Shown in pieces: positions 36,800 through 49,689 of a DNA stretch of 64,000 bases. The stretch comes from Dicyema japonicum. Lineage: Eukaryota; Animalia; Dicyemida. Position 1 is the first letter of the stretch, and every line of letters starts with the position of its first letter. The position numbers were made by a program, and so were the translations under genes. The stretch covers positions 496,001-560,000 of the forward strand of contig RDEW01000003.1 of the NCBI GenBank assembly GCA_011109175.1. The letters are read 5' to 3'. The notes under the pieces are model-generated. The model was not told the DNA's origin and ran no database searches. It was given only the letters and a program-made list of their open reading frames with translations.

Positions 36800-37984
36800 C
36801 TAGAAATCATCGTCAATAATAGCAGAGATGAATGACTTGAATAAGCTCATAACCGAGGCAGCAAAGTATTCGAGATGCACAATCGTCTTATTCCCCTTAT
36901 TAAGCCTGCACTCACAATCAGCAGCCAAAACAGCCAAGTGGCATATCAGTTGATCATCACAATGCTTATGGAATACAGTCATCATTTCCTACAGTCATAG
37001 CACAACAAACCCCAATAATAACATTAGGGGGATCAAACGAATCAACAGTTCATATAACCGCTGTCTCACCTCTGAAAGACTAACCATATTACATAACACT
37101 ACCATTTAACACTCTGCTGCTTAACAAGTAGCTCAGCAGTGTCGTGGACATAAATCTGCCAGTCTCCCTTGGTAATTGGTGAGTTTGGGTATCTAATTAT
37201 TACTACAACAACTCATGGAAGGCCTCAAATGCCATAATTGCTAGTCGGAGATTGCCGTTTGCCATTTTTATAATTTTATGAGACAATCCCCCATCCATGG
37301 TGACTTTCTCATAATCACCTATTTTTGATAAAATTCCCAAAATCTGGTAAATGAAAGAGCAAACTTGATCATCAGAAGCAGATGGTACCCTTAGTGGCAG
37401 GGTTCGCGATTTTAGGGGGGAAATAATATTACTTAGAGACTCGGTTGACAAAATAAGGCGACAGACTGACGAGTACTTTTCCATAGTCCGTCTGAGAGCA
37501 TTCTGAGCGGTCCTCGACAATTTATCAACCTCGTTAAGCACAACGACTAAAACACGAAATAACAGTAAACCTTTAAAGTCAATCTCACCAGATCTGATAA
37601 CACGTGTTTGTGCCACAGATTTTATGACATCCTGGACAACTAGACGGTCGTGGTATTGACCGACTTCACTGGGAGTCAATTCAAGGTGGTAGGCTGAACC
37701 AATTGAATTAAATTCGATCTTCTTGCCAGAGGGTATTTCAATATGATGGACTTCATTCTTAACCGATGATGACCCAGGACCGTACAATTCCCTGAGAATG
37801 GCTGCAATTCGAGTGGACTTTCCACAACCACTAGGACCATGAATTAATAAGTTTGGGAAGTCTTTAGATTTGACCTATTTTAAATATTATTGAGTACAAG
37901 GTCCTTTAAAAATGAAGCTTGTGATTTATTGTAGTCTAGTTCATCCAGTGTCAAAGGACGATATTTATCAACCCAAAGAGCCAT
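36800..37984 (-). CDS. RFC3: Replication factor C subunit 3 (38 kDa; yeast Rfc5 ortholog)
   Basis: MALWVDKYRPLTLDELDYNKSQA..PNLLIHGPSGCGKST..YHLELTPSEVG..VVLNEVDKLSRTAQNALRRTMEKY..GNLRLAI..GNKTIVHLEYF. Confidence 0.95.
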
Positions 37985-38119
37985 GAGACAACTCAGAAAG
38001 ACCGCCCAATATTTAAAAATAATTTTATTAAAAATAATCTTAATAAAACTTATTTGGTGACATAACTTTATTATTTCCCGGAGTTCTAAATAAATAATCA
38101 TTGGCCCGGCGTATTTTGC

Positions 38120-38915
38120 CTCAAAACTTTCATGCAAAAACCAAGTGGACTCAATTCTTTCAAAGCTTCCATCCCGGAAACTGTCCAATGACTTGGTTGA
38201 ATACATGGACGTGTGGCGGAGTGAAGGGCTTAGCGAGCCGCGTAATCCAGACCAACAATCGTCTTGGATGATCCATAGATGGAATGCTCTGGCATCCAAC
38301 CTAGTCAGCCGGCTCTCTGGACATCGCCTGGACTGTTTCCAAAATTCGAGGGAGGCGGTTGATGGATCTTGGCTTGGGGTTTACCCATGTCAAGAAGACG
38401 AACTGGGTCTCCACCTCCTCTCATGCCGGCGAGGAATTGGCAGATCTTCTCGACATTCGGCAATGAACGGCATCATTAAGAGGGCATTAGAATCGGCTGG
38501 ATTCCGTTGCCGGATCGAACCGACTGGTCTATTTGACAACGGAAGACGCCCTGACGGCATGACCTCATTTCCTTTCGAGCGAGGGCGAAACCTTGTATGT
38601 ATGGGATGTGACCTGTGTCTGCTCTTTCGCCCCAAGCAAAAAAAAAATTCACCGGGCAGACCTTCTTCTCAAGCAGAGGAAATGAAAAATGCTAAGTATT
38701 CGGATATCAGCGACAGGTACATTTTCGCACCTGTCGCGATTGAAACTTCGGGGAACTTTGGCCCTAAAACGCTGAAGTTCCTGAATCATCTTGGAAAACT
38801 ACTATCCGACAAAACTGGTGATCTTCGTGAGACGAGATGGCTCAAGGAGAGGCTCTCGTTGGCTGTTGTCCGTGGGAATAGCTTATGCATCTCCCAACAG
38901 CTGAATAATTAAAAT
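38120..38915 (+). mobile_element. CRE-type non-LTR retrotransposon, 5'-truncated (zinc knuckle + RLE)
   Basis: GLHLLSCRRGIGRSSRH..EPTGL..GRRPDG..AEEMKNAKY..FAPVAIETSG..RETRWLKERLSLAVVRGNS. Inserted about 140 bp upstream of the RFC3 ATG. Confidence 0.9.
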
Positions 38916-38989
38916 TAAAATTAACTATTCTTTTTCCTTATAATAAAATAATCATTCGATCAGCTTCAAGACATTTTTTAAACACCTGG

Positions 38990-40060
38990 ATATTAAAGTA
39001 CGTGCCCATAAGCTGAAGAAAGAACCTTACCAATAACTATTCTCAGACAAGCAAGTCTAGAGGTTATCGTCGGATTAAAGAACTCACGGCCTGCGGCTCT
39101 GACAAAGTATTTTCAATTTTTCTTAAACACCTAAGAAAATACGCTACCTCAAGCAAGTGTTTAACCTGTCTATTAACTACAATATTATTCACAAGATTTG
39201 GAAGAACTCTATTATAAAACCTGTCTTGATGGCTGAAAAACCAGTGGGAGAACCTGCTTCGTACAGGCCGCTCTCCCTAACCAGCACATTATCAAAACTT
39301 CTTGAAAATTTGGTACTATCCGCCATTACTCACTCCGGACTTCCCTCAAGCGGCTTTCCAGCTCAGTTTTCGTCCTGGAAGGTCCACCACCCATTGAACC
39401 ACACTATTCCAATTCGACAACTGTTGAATTTCAACTCACATGTGAAGAAAGTCCTCACTAAAGGCCTGGAGAAGTTGAATGTTGTACGGGCGCTTGTCCG
39501 GAGGACTCTTGAATTTGGATGCTTCTGATGCAACAATCTACCGGAAAACTATCGCGAGAAAAATAGGAAGATCCCTTTTAACAACTGTGTCGTGCCAGAA
39601 GGACTCGTCGCCTCACGGGTGGGATTTGTTTGACAAGAATTGACCATCGCTGAAAACTCCATCTTTCGGATTTGAACCCACGACCTTCAGATCCGATGTC
39701 ATCAGACGTTACATTCAGCCAGAAGGCCTCCGGATTACTTCGGGTCTGTAAGGAAGACGGAAACCTGCTTAGCCTGTCCTTTTCCGAGGAAAAAGAAAGT
39801 CGAACCCAGAAAAGGGCATTCAAACTAACCGAGAGATGGTACACAAGGGAAAACATTAAATCACCGACCCCCATGGAGAAACTAATCGAAAAAAAACAAA
39901 AATGGACACCAATGCCAAGAAGAAAGTGCTCGTCCGCAACGAACTTGTGTAGGCTCAAGGGATCAACACCGAGCGAAGATGAGAACCTTGATCCAATTCG
40001 TCGGGATCACTTAGTTTAGTTTTTTCGGTTTAACAGTGGTCTTTGGAATTAATTTAATTC
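38990..40060 (+). mobile_element. I-group LINE, internally deleted, with 3' hairpin
   Basis: IWKNSIIKPVL..SYRPLSLTSTLSKLLE..KRAFKLTERW; ends gggatcactt..cagtggtcttt. Confidence 0.8.
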
Positions 40061-40489
40061 TCCAAGTCCGCCTTCGATTTCTGTGCCACACCAGATATTC
40101 CTGAAGGATCTCTGGAAGCGCCTACTTTTGGAAGTTACTTTCCTGTTTTCCATCAGTTTACCTTCTTTGAAGATAAATTGGCCATACCGAATCATACAAG
40201 AGAAAAGCGGTCGTTATTGGAAGCTGGGGTCCCCTAATAGTCATTGATTAACCCCCATTTTCTCGATAGTTTTAGGGATAATAAATTGGTCTCGTAGAGA
40301 AAACCTCCCACATCAGTAACGAATAGATCAGCAATGGCAGAAAATTATGAACCCTCTTAAGTGACCAGGAAGATATCACGTAGATAAAAGTACTCAAACG
40401 CAACCCTATAGCGCCAAATTACTACAGTCCGACCCCGAAATGGGGCACAATTCCCTAATTTTGAAGTTTTCCCAAAAAATGAGGGTTTA

Positions 40490-41400
40490 TTTATTAACCC
40501 CGGGATCACCGAGAATGAAAGACAAAGTAAAGTCAACTAGTTAGGTGATCCCAGTTCCCGCAACCAAACGTGGCTTCCTAAGCCTGTGTGTCCATTGTTC
40601 CCACTGTCGAACCGAATTACCTTCTTTGATCCTTCAGAGGAAGATTTTCTGGGTGTTCATCTTCCTCGCAAATGCGGAGAAATCCGGAACCACATCAACG
40701 AGTTGTAGAACAGTTTTTTGGCAGTGAATGCACAGTATTTTAAGAACCTTTTCATGAGTTTCTTGTTTGACTACATTAAGGGGTAGCATGTTCCGTATCT
40801 TTAATGACTTGATACTCTAAATATCTCGCTGTTATCTTGTCCAGATCATCATAAAGTCTCTAAATTTTCATTTCCAATAATATCCTGATTAATTGGGCTT
40901 TTTCGTTATCATTTTGTTTTTAATGTCATAAAGTTCACCTTCCAAGGCCTTTTTAAAGCGTTCGTAATTCTGGCTTATTTTGTCCAAGGTCAAAAGGTTT
41001 CCCGATCAAAACCTTTGCATCTCAGAACGAAAAACTTCATAAACTTCCGTATTTATTTGGCAGGACTCCCAGGTATCTTAGATGACACAGTTCAAACCGT
41101 CCTATGGCATCGTTGATGGCGATATTTCTTATACAAAAAAATACTCTCAATGTTTTACCTGCAAAGAGGTTCAGTCCACGCTATCTGCACCATCGGTGTG
41201 TATCTTCCATATATACTTGTAGTCTTCCCTTCGAGATCTCTTCTGACTTACAGCAGATAGTGGCACATCATCCAGATATATCAGGATTCTTGCATTTTGT
41301 GAGTTTGCCCACGGAAAGTCGGGGGTTAAGGACTTTTTCAGTCCTTCTGGATTAACAAACAAGGTCCACATTTCACAGAAGAATATCTCCCAGACATTTT
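40490..41400 (-). mobile_element. Decayed LINE (RT end to 3' tail); its tail closely matches the SINE-B tail
   Basis: ILIYLDDV..LQVYMEDTHRWCR.RGLNL; 3' end gggaactgggatcacc..ctcggtgatcccggggttaataa. Confidence 0.65.
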
Positions 41401-41744
41401 TTATCCACAATGAAGCTTCGGTTTGTAATATCCAAAGCTTATGTCATATACAATCAATCCCCATGATATGTAAAGATATATAGCGTTCAGGGTGCTTTTA
41501 AGTCTCACCTTGACTATTTCTGGGTTTAGGAGAAATAGGAGTCTGATGAATACCAAATTCGGCTGAATTCCAAGTGTTGCCTCATCTGAGACAAACTCCT
41601 TGATATTCTTTTCATTTATAAAATTAACTTCCATTAATTTTTTTGGTAAACTCGATTTCGTCGGATGAAATAGTTGAATTTTTTATGTATCACTGGAAAG
41701 TGTCAAATTTTTTTAGACAGACCATATCGCAAAAGGTCATAGAA

Positions 41745-41960
41745 CGGCATCCTGGCTGCGTGGCTATTCCCTCTCAGCAAGATTCGTTCAAGTGGCGAGT
41801 GGCGTTCAGTTTCGGGTAGAAATCCGATTTCCTAGAGGAATCAGGAATTCCAGCGTCGCAGGACCGAGGGAACCTGACGTTTCAACTGCGAACGAAACAA
41901 ACAAAACATCCTCGGGTAGGACGGCGTATTTTGCCCGTTTTAACCTCTGTGGCTTCTCAG
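41745..41960 (-). mobile_element. CRE-type RLE relic
   Basis: Nucleotide similarity to 3060-3270 (ggaattccagcgtcg, gctattccctct, cgggtagga). Confidence 0.7.
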
Positions 41961-42049
41961 CTGCAGAACAGTCTCCAAAGGCACTCTGACGTAGGTTTCA
42001 AAAGACGATTGTTTTGGTGCAGGTGACGTCCCAGACAAGTGGTACTCTC

Positions 42050-42260
42050 TCATATTATATTTAAACTTATCCATAAGTTGCATGAGCCTTCGAACATTTC
42101 TAAATTCCTCCGTCGGAGTTCGTAGCTTAAAAATTGGTAATGTTTGCCTGAAGTCACCTGCAAATACGATAGCTAATCCTCCAAAATGATTGTCCGTATT
42201 CTGAACTTCTTATAATGTTCATTCAATACCCCAAAAGCACATTTATGTACCATTGTACAT
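42050..42260 (-). mobile_element. Helitron/PIF1-type helicase relic
   Basis: HFGGLAIVFAGDFRQTLPI (PIF1-family motif III as found in Helitron RepHel). Confidence 0.75.
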
Positions 42261-42311
42261 CCGTACCTGACTATTAGAGGCATCTAAATGCTATGGCGAT
42301 CCTACAATTAT

Positions 42312-42723
42312 CAATGTATTAAAATGTTCATCTGGAATATGTAAGACAGGTACCCACCCGGTCTTGATGAACATTTACAAGCAATACATCGAACCATGCT
42401 TCTCGTACGCGTGTGCTTTGTGGGGACCTTCATTATCATGGACGAACACTAAGAAAATCGAGGACGTTCAAAAGAAGGCTTTCAGAATGACTGAGCGGTG
42501 GTCTTGTGAGAGACAGAACCGGACCGACTACTTTGGAGGCCCTTATTAAACAAACTCCGGCATGCGGGAAGGTGGCTCTGCAAATACAGTCAGCCGCCCT
42601 GTACGAGCTTGTGTGGGTACGAGGGAGGAGCACCGGGAAAGAATGAGGATTTTGGCGGAGCGCATCGGAATCACGTGATAGTTAGTTTTGGTTTTACCGT
42701 GGTCTTGGGTGTTAATTAAATAA
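42312..42723 (+). mobile_element. 412-bp 5'-truncated I-group LINE insertion with perfect 19-bp TSD
   Basis: atggcgatcctacaattat at 42293-42311 and 42724-42742; IYKQYIEPCFSYACALWG; 3' hairpin ggaatcac..gtggtct. Confidence 0.9.
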
Positions 42724-42764
42724 ATGGCGATCCTACAATTATGTTAATATTGCACACTCGCACT

Positions 42765-43075
42765 TTCCGAGGAGCCATATTAGTTATCGCTACCCACAGG
42801 CAGAACACACACTTTATTTTAAGCAAAGAACAATTATAATATCTAATCGAGGGAGGATCGAAGAATACTCTTCACTTCTTTGTTTTTATCTTTTTCTTGT
42901 GTGTATGCCCTTTTAGACTATCCAGTTCCGCAATGAATCTCCACTGATGACAGCGTCACTCGTCAAGCCCTTTTTAGCATCGTAGATGCGTGGAACCTTC
43001 CACCAGGTAAACAGCAACGAAAATCGAACCCGTGACCTAAGCCATTTTGCCAGACAACTAACCACTATGCCACCC
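42765..43075 (-). mobile_element. tRNA-derived SINE family A
   Basis: The reverse complement gtggcatagtggttag..gggttcgatt..acctggtggaaggttccacgcatc..aaataaagtgtgtgttctgcc is colinear with 28905-29215. Confidence 0.85.
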
Positions 43076-43394
43076 TAAGCTAGGTGCAAAGCTCACTCTA
43101 GAGTCCAACAAGTCCGAACTGGCAGGGGAACTGAACAACTCCGAACCGTATAGAAGGGGCAATAACTAACAACTCCAGGATGTCACAATTTCTCCTTGAA
43201 ATTCAATATGTATGTTTACAATAATAAAAACAATTAGAAACGTCGAGAAAGCTTGACGATCTGGATGATCGTCTGACACTGTTTTTAATCTATCTACAAA
43301 AATACATAAAGTTCCCACAAAGACTAATACAAAATAACTGTCAAATAAATAATAAATCAATTAATACAAAACAAAAGAATATTACAAAATTACA

Positions 43395-45739
43395 TCAATC
43401 AATACATTTTCGTTTAGGTAAATTAACGTGATCTTCATCATCTGAATCCGAGTCATAATCAACCAGGCCTCTTTTCAAAGACTCCTCACCATTCCCAACG
43501 GAGGAAGGCATTAAAATTACAATAGGTGAGGATTTTCTCAAGGGAACAAACTCATCCTCTTCATTCACTAAAGTAAATAGCATAGACAACGTTTCTCCTT
43601 CTCAAGTCTAATTATAGCATCAGATGCCTTCTCAAACTCGAGGGCATTAAACGGTTCATCGGGTGCGAGTGACTCTTCCTTAGGACCATCGAAATCACAA
43701 CTGTCGTCAAAACTCAGGCTATCCTTTCCTATCGTGTCAGTCCTCATTTTCATTTTGATGAATGTCTTGACATAACTAATACTGCAGAGCACGGAATCAT
43801 AATATTCCGAGACTATGTGGACCGCCAACTCGATAAAGTCATTCTCGAATAAATAAAGGACCAACCTCACAGCAATTCTCAAAAAATTCTAGCACAGCCG
43901 AGTTTATCATGTTATATCGTCGTCCACAGGTTGAAAGGAGAGGAATTAAATAATCAATCAGTCTATGTGAGGCTACAAACTGAGCATAGGACGGTCTGTA
44001 TAGCATTATTTCCTTAAAATAGCGAACGGCACCTAAAATATACACGTGTCCAACTTAGAACTAATATTTTATGGGCTGAACTGAATAGAGCAACAACTCT
44101 AACAAGTAATCCCTTATCAATATTAAGGGGGTGCAATTGGTTGGCGTGATTGGGGACTTGAAGTGACAAATGGTCGAGTATAAGTTCCAAGTATTTGGCA
44201 GTTTTTTGTTTGTCTACCAATACAGGAGAGAATATACCAGAAATAAGCCTTGTTTGATCAGTGACATCAAAAAGAGGCTGAATGAGTCGAGGGATACAAA
44301 TATGGAAGTGAACATCAACAAACTGCTGGGACGGTTGTTTGGGATCATCAGATATGGTCTCCGAGTCTAATATTTGCCGTGTAGCAGTGAGAATCTCATA
44401 GGCAGTTTTGAGTTCTAAATAAGCCAACTACCAAACCAGAGTCTGAGTCATTAATGATGATGTGAACAAGAACGTCAATAATATCATTCTACACTAAATA
44501 CTGTAAATACGGATTCCTGAAGACAGTCTCTGATGACATTGGGACACTTATCGATTAAATGCAGTAAAATAGTGACAGCTATTCTCTCGGAACCCCCACA
44601 TTTCTATAGTAAGTACAGTAATAACCAGCACAGCATGCATAGCCTTAATGAGTCCAGCATCCAACAGCACCTAGACTAATACGACAGTACACCTGACAGT
44701 AGTGCTGCCACGATGAAATGACCTCGGTTAACCTGACCAACTGTCGGACAAACACCATCAAATCGGTACGAGTGGGGTCACTTACTATTGAAGAAAAGAA
44801 GATGATAGAAATGAGGAATCCTGATGTTAGAACATAAAAAACCTCGAACAACCGGAGTGCATCCTCAACTCTGTCCGACAGGAAACTAGTAAGACCGAGA
44901 CAAATGGTCTCCCTCTCGAGGACCGACTGAGGGTTGTAGGAAATATCACGAATATACAACGTTTTGAACACAATCTCGAGCGTTTCTGATAGTGCCTCAT
45001 CATCAATGTTCTCAATATGTTTGAACTCGGAGACTTGTCGCTCAGAGTGCAAATTCAAAATATCAATAACGTGGTCAATGTTTTGGGGATTCAGCATAAC
45101 ATCAAAATACTCTCTTCTGTCACTGTGGATTAGTCGTTTAACGAGAAAATAGACATTCTGCAGCTGAACAGCGTCTTCGGGCATCTCACATCGAAAGTAG
45201 AGAGCCAGCAAAATCGGAAAGAATGAACGAATGTTATCGATTCTCCCACCAGCCAAAAGTAAACTGGTAACCTCACTCAAATCCTCGACAGAACTGGAAG
45301 ACTTGTTATTAGAGTCTTCTTCATCAGAACTCGGTATCTTAGTCTCTTTTGTCTCCTTGAACTAAATTTGTTAAAAATGGTAGCTTACAGAACATATTTG
45401 ATCAAAGAATGAGTCGCATCTGATCTTCTCCTGAAAACTGATAGCCAAATTACGTCCATCCGAGTCCTCCCATAGTATGAGAGTCCCCTACAATGATGAT
45501 AAACTGTAACCTCCTGTTTTTCAAACTCAACCTCCTTATTTATTGCTGAAAGGAGAAGTCTATCCTCTACAATTGTCAAAATAACCCATCAAACCGTCAA
45601 CTTCAGATTTGACTAAGATAGAAGGGACAGGATCCTCAATAATGGAAGCATATCCAGTGCCTTTGTCAACCCACTGATCCTCAATTCCGACTGAGACGAG
45701 ATTATACACCTTAACTCGGGCTAACAGAGAACTTTCCAT
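43395..45739 (-). CDS. PPP4R3: Protein phosphatase 4 regulatory subunit 3 (SMEK/Psy2), multi-exon
   Basis: N-terminal EVH1-like RVKVYNL..QWVDKGTG..LVKSEVDG; RYNMINSAVLEFFE; C-terminal GLVDYDSDSDDE..KRK. Confidence 0.9.
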
Positions 45740-45854
45740 AACCCGTGTATAACGACAAACAAAAAACAAAAATTAAATAAATATTATTTAAAATAAAAAG
45801 CAAAAAATCAGAAGATAACATACAAGTCGGAATTAATCAGCCAATCAGAGACAA

Positions 45855-48007
45855 TCAAAGAGTCCTCTCTTCAAGCTTACTTAAGACAATATCATCTTTG
45901 GAGTTAACTACAAATAAACCATACACTAACATTTTACAAAACTCCACGATGTCATCTCAGGATTCCACTCACAATTATTTATGAGTTTTCTGGCTTGGGA
46001 GACTGTGTCGGATGCACAAATAATGACCTCCCCACAGTATTTGGCTGCACCAATACAGGAACCCTTATCCTTGAACAAGTTTGGCTGGCTATTTATTCTG
46101 TAGAAAGACGCCTTCATCGTGTTGAACTCAGGGCTTCCCATCATCGAGAGTGTATTAATCCGCGGTCTATTTGATATTACAGACTCTTACGAATTTCGTG
46201 AGTGGTTTCTCATGAAAATATTAACCTGTCCGTGAAGACGGATGAGGATATGACCCGCAGAGAGAATACAAGGCTCTCCGTCAACCTGCACAGGCATATC
46301 TCTCAGTAGAGTTATGTCCGCCTTCCTACACTGACAAAGTCTGTAGCCTGATCCCCCTAGTTGGGTGGAGATTAAAGAACAGTAAGTGAAGCCAATGACT
46401 TCGACAAGCCCATCACTGCATGACTGTGGTTTAAACGAACTATTGTTAGGATTCCCCCATGGGTTTTTCCACCAGAGTACCTAGTATACTACCAAACAAT
46501 ACGAATCAATATTAAGAAACAGCAGGGTAGAGATCTTCTTTTCCACTATTTTCTTAGTGAAATCGCGGTCATCACACTAAATCAACAAAATGTTTACCTT
46601 TAGGTAACAAAACTCCGACAGATCCTTACATGACTGCATTATTACGTCCTTTCCCCCAACCTAAAGTAAGTCATCCCATATACTCCGGCATAATAGACTT
46701 TATTCCAAAATCTGCTATTGAACTTGTCAGGATTAGCATCTACATGACAACAACGGTTACTGCGTGACTCGTGAAACTCCAAGCAATCCTGGCATCAGCT
46801 CCAATGCTAAAGTAATTGTTCATCACAGGAAACTCCCTGGAAGTGGAGTCATTCGAGTGGAAAGTAAGAGACCACCTGAATAACGGTAAAGTCAACCTAT
46901 CCAACTTTCTTATGGGAGAGTTGATGACGTCCTCCAAAATGTCATCCAGACTCTCAGTCGTATATCCCTTTAATAATTAACAGAAAGACCGATCCCCAGT
47001 TAAATGACCGAGCCAAGTCATTCCCAGTTCCAAGCGGTATTATGGCAATGGGGATCACTGATGAGAGTCCAATTTCAGTAGCAGTTGACAGGATCCACCC
47101 GACAGTACCATCACCCCCCGCCACAACAAAAACACAGTTTTGCAAATCCTTGAACAAGTGGATTCTTACATTAAAGTTAATATAACCCGAATTTGGGAGA
47201 TACAATGGATAGGTCAAACACTTGTCGGGGGTTAAGCAGCCAGAGAGCTTGTTTGAATAACTTTTCATACTGTCCCCCACCACTCTTCTTATTAATGAAC
47301 AATAAAATGGGGATCTTATCATAGGTCCCTCCGCAAATCTGAAATGGGCAGTTTTTGAGATCCTCGATGTCCAAATTGCGCATGGGTAGCTTGAGCACTT
47401 TCTTAATATCAGTAAGAGTGTGACCTTCCTAATCCAGGAAGGGGGGATAACATAGTCGGGAATACTACAGTACTCCGTTTTATTTAGAGGATTAAAGCAG
47501 GTGGAGTGAATTTCTACTTTACACCACAAGCACTGCATGACATAAACCTTGAATGAGAGAACCCTTACTTTCCTACCACTGAATGCTCTGTTGAAGGTCT
47601 TCTTACAGGTATTACACTTACCCCTCGACTTTAGTCTTATCTCAAACTGATGCCTGTGCTGTGGGGCCTCATTTGGAACGAACTACCGTAAATATATTAA
47701 ACCACCTCATTATCATTTATTACATAAGATTCTTTGCATTTATTAGTGAAATTCTGCAAATATGGACAATATCTACCATTTGGCCGGACTGGAGGCATTT
47801 TTCGTGGATTACGATATGACAGGAAGCACACTTTAGGCGTACCTCGGAATTTTGCTAGGTCGTATTATAGATAATCAAACCCCCACGCAGTCGTGTTCTC
47901 CAATGTCGCATAATGAAGAAGAAGGTTTCGTGTCGAACCAAACGTGGAGAGTTGACGGAACCCTTACCTTGGTGTTTATAATAACAGTGAACCTTCCAAA
48001 GATCCAT
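45855..48007 (-). CDS. DGKZ: Diacylglycerol kinase type IV (zeta/iota-like), multi-exon
   Basis: Two atypical C1 domains (HVWFDT..LCDIGEHDC..KCASCHIVIHEKC; KCNTCKKTF..CLWCKVEIH..VIPPSWI); catalytic LFINKKSGG..LLNPRQVFDL..GGDGTVGW..PLGTGNDLAR; accessory MNNYFSIGADA. First and last exons are inferred. Confidence 0.88.
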
Positions 48008-48899
48008 TATTCAATATGGAACATCACACTTTTATGATAATTTCTATTAATTACCTACTATTTTCAATGTTTATTTTTAAATAATAATAATTATTAATTT
48101 TTTTTAAATATATAAAAAAATACATATTAACTATTTGACAATCAGAAAAAAAACATTATTAGTTAATTTTATAATTTCTGTAATTTGTATTTATTGTTAA
48201 ATATAATTTGAATGAATTGTTAAATCGAATGAGACATAATTCACTATTGAAATAATTAAATTCGATAATTTAGATTACAACTTTGAATTAATTTACTGAT
48301 CAATTAGATATAAACCCCATTTCGATTTCAACCGCAAATATTGCACATTTTGCTGGGAAATTCCTAATGGGATTAAAATATTAAACATCTGGTCCAATTT
48401 TGGGGCCAACAATTTTGGTTTCAAAAACAATAGGGTCATCCATAACTGCGCATCTATTCCCAGTCTGGACTGCGAGGGCAAAGTCCCCTGATAGAACTGA
48501 GATTGGGTTTCCGAATTTTTCAAAAAAATCTTAGGATTGGTTACGAAAGCTCCGGAGGTTTCCTACAGCGTTTATTCAATAAACGCTACTCGCTCTTCAC
48601 ACCGGCTGATCAGCCACTGGTGTGAATTTTTTATCATCAAAAATATATTATTGGGGGTAACTATTAACTAATTTTTCTCCTAGCAAAGCTTTTGGTAACT
48701 CTACCATTATCCTCTCGGTTGAGTCAAGAATACCCTCTCAAGGGTTCTCAATAACACAGATGCTCGCATTAAGTGTGTATATCCACTCAAAACTCTCTCA
48801 CGTACTCCACGTGTAATTTAGTGACAATGCAATCCCATGTCATCACAATTTCAAATTCGACCGTAAATAATTTTGTTAGAGAAATTCGTAATGGAATTT

Positions 48900-49130
48900 G
48901 AATATTAAAATCTGGGAAAACAAGCGCACGATACGCCAAGGAGAAGGCTGAGAAGGCCAGGGGGAAGTTTACTGCTTCCTACCGGTTCACATTACCAGGT
49001 TTTTGGTCGAGACAACTGGAGGAAAGAGTGATGAATCACTGTCTGGCTACACTCAAAAGCCACTACGCCCGTGAAATCCAGTGGCTTCTACGCTAATTTA
49101 CGTTGCCATCGTGAAAAAGCAACGTCGATT
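48900..49130 (+). mobile_element. Possible CRE-type RLE relic
   Basis: Frameshifted AEKA..SYRF..VETTG..REIQWLL..VAIV resembles the CRE C-terminus. Confidence 0.45.
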
Positions 49131-49689
49131 ATGTCAGCATAGATCATTTAACTCTCAAAAATTAATGAAAAAATGATTTTTCAAAAATACAGTCTTAATG
49201 TTATTGGATAACGTTGCCACTAAATATCAGAAACTTTAAGTTTATGGAAAACCAAACATTTTTGATTGATTCCAGATGTTTTCATGATTTTTGTGAATTC
49301 GGAAGTGACAGTAGGAATAAAATATAAATATGGGAAGAAAATGACTAATTATATTTAAATAATGTTCATTTTGTTTATTTATGTGGAAAAGCTCTAATTG
49401 GGGCACGTAATGCCCCATTTCTGTTTTTCAGTTCATTATCAGTGAATAGTCATTTTGTGGAATATTTATCAATTATACTTTCAAGTCAACTGCGGTTTGT
49501 ACGCCTTTGAGTTTATGATCTTCGACTTGTGATTACATAGGAACTAATTTAAAATAGGTCATTCTTATTTTAAGCATTATTCGCCTTCTTTTGGTCTCTG
49601 ACTGAACAATCCTTTATCCCAAAGTCGATTACGCTTCCGTAATTGGCAAAATAACAGTCGTTTGCCTGAAAATCACTTTAGAGACGTTG

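Noticed and set aside
45740-45854. Operon or trans-splicing between DGK and SMEK (115-bp gap, same strand)
   Set aside because: There is no AG acceptor close upstream of the SMEK ATG, and the spacer looks like the other AT-rich promoter/terminator gaps.
48400-48530. KFGNPISVLSGDFALA, resembling polyprenyl synthase FGNKxAVLxGDFLLA
   Set aside because: There is no upstream DDxxD..RRG motif or downstream continuation, so this is treated as a chance match.
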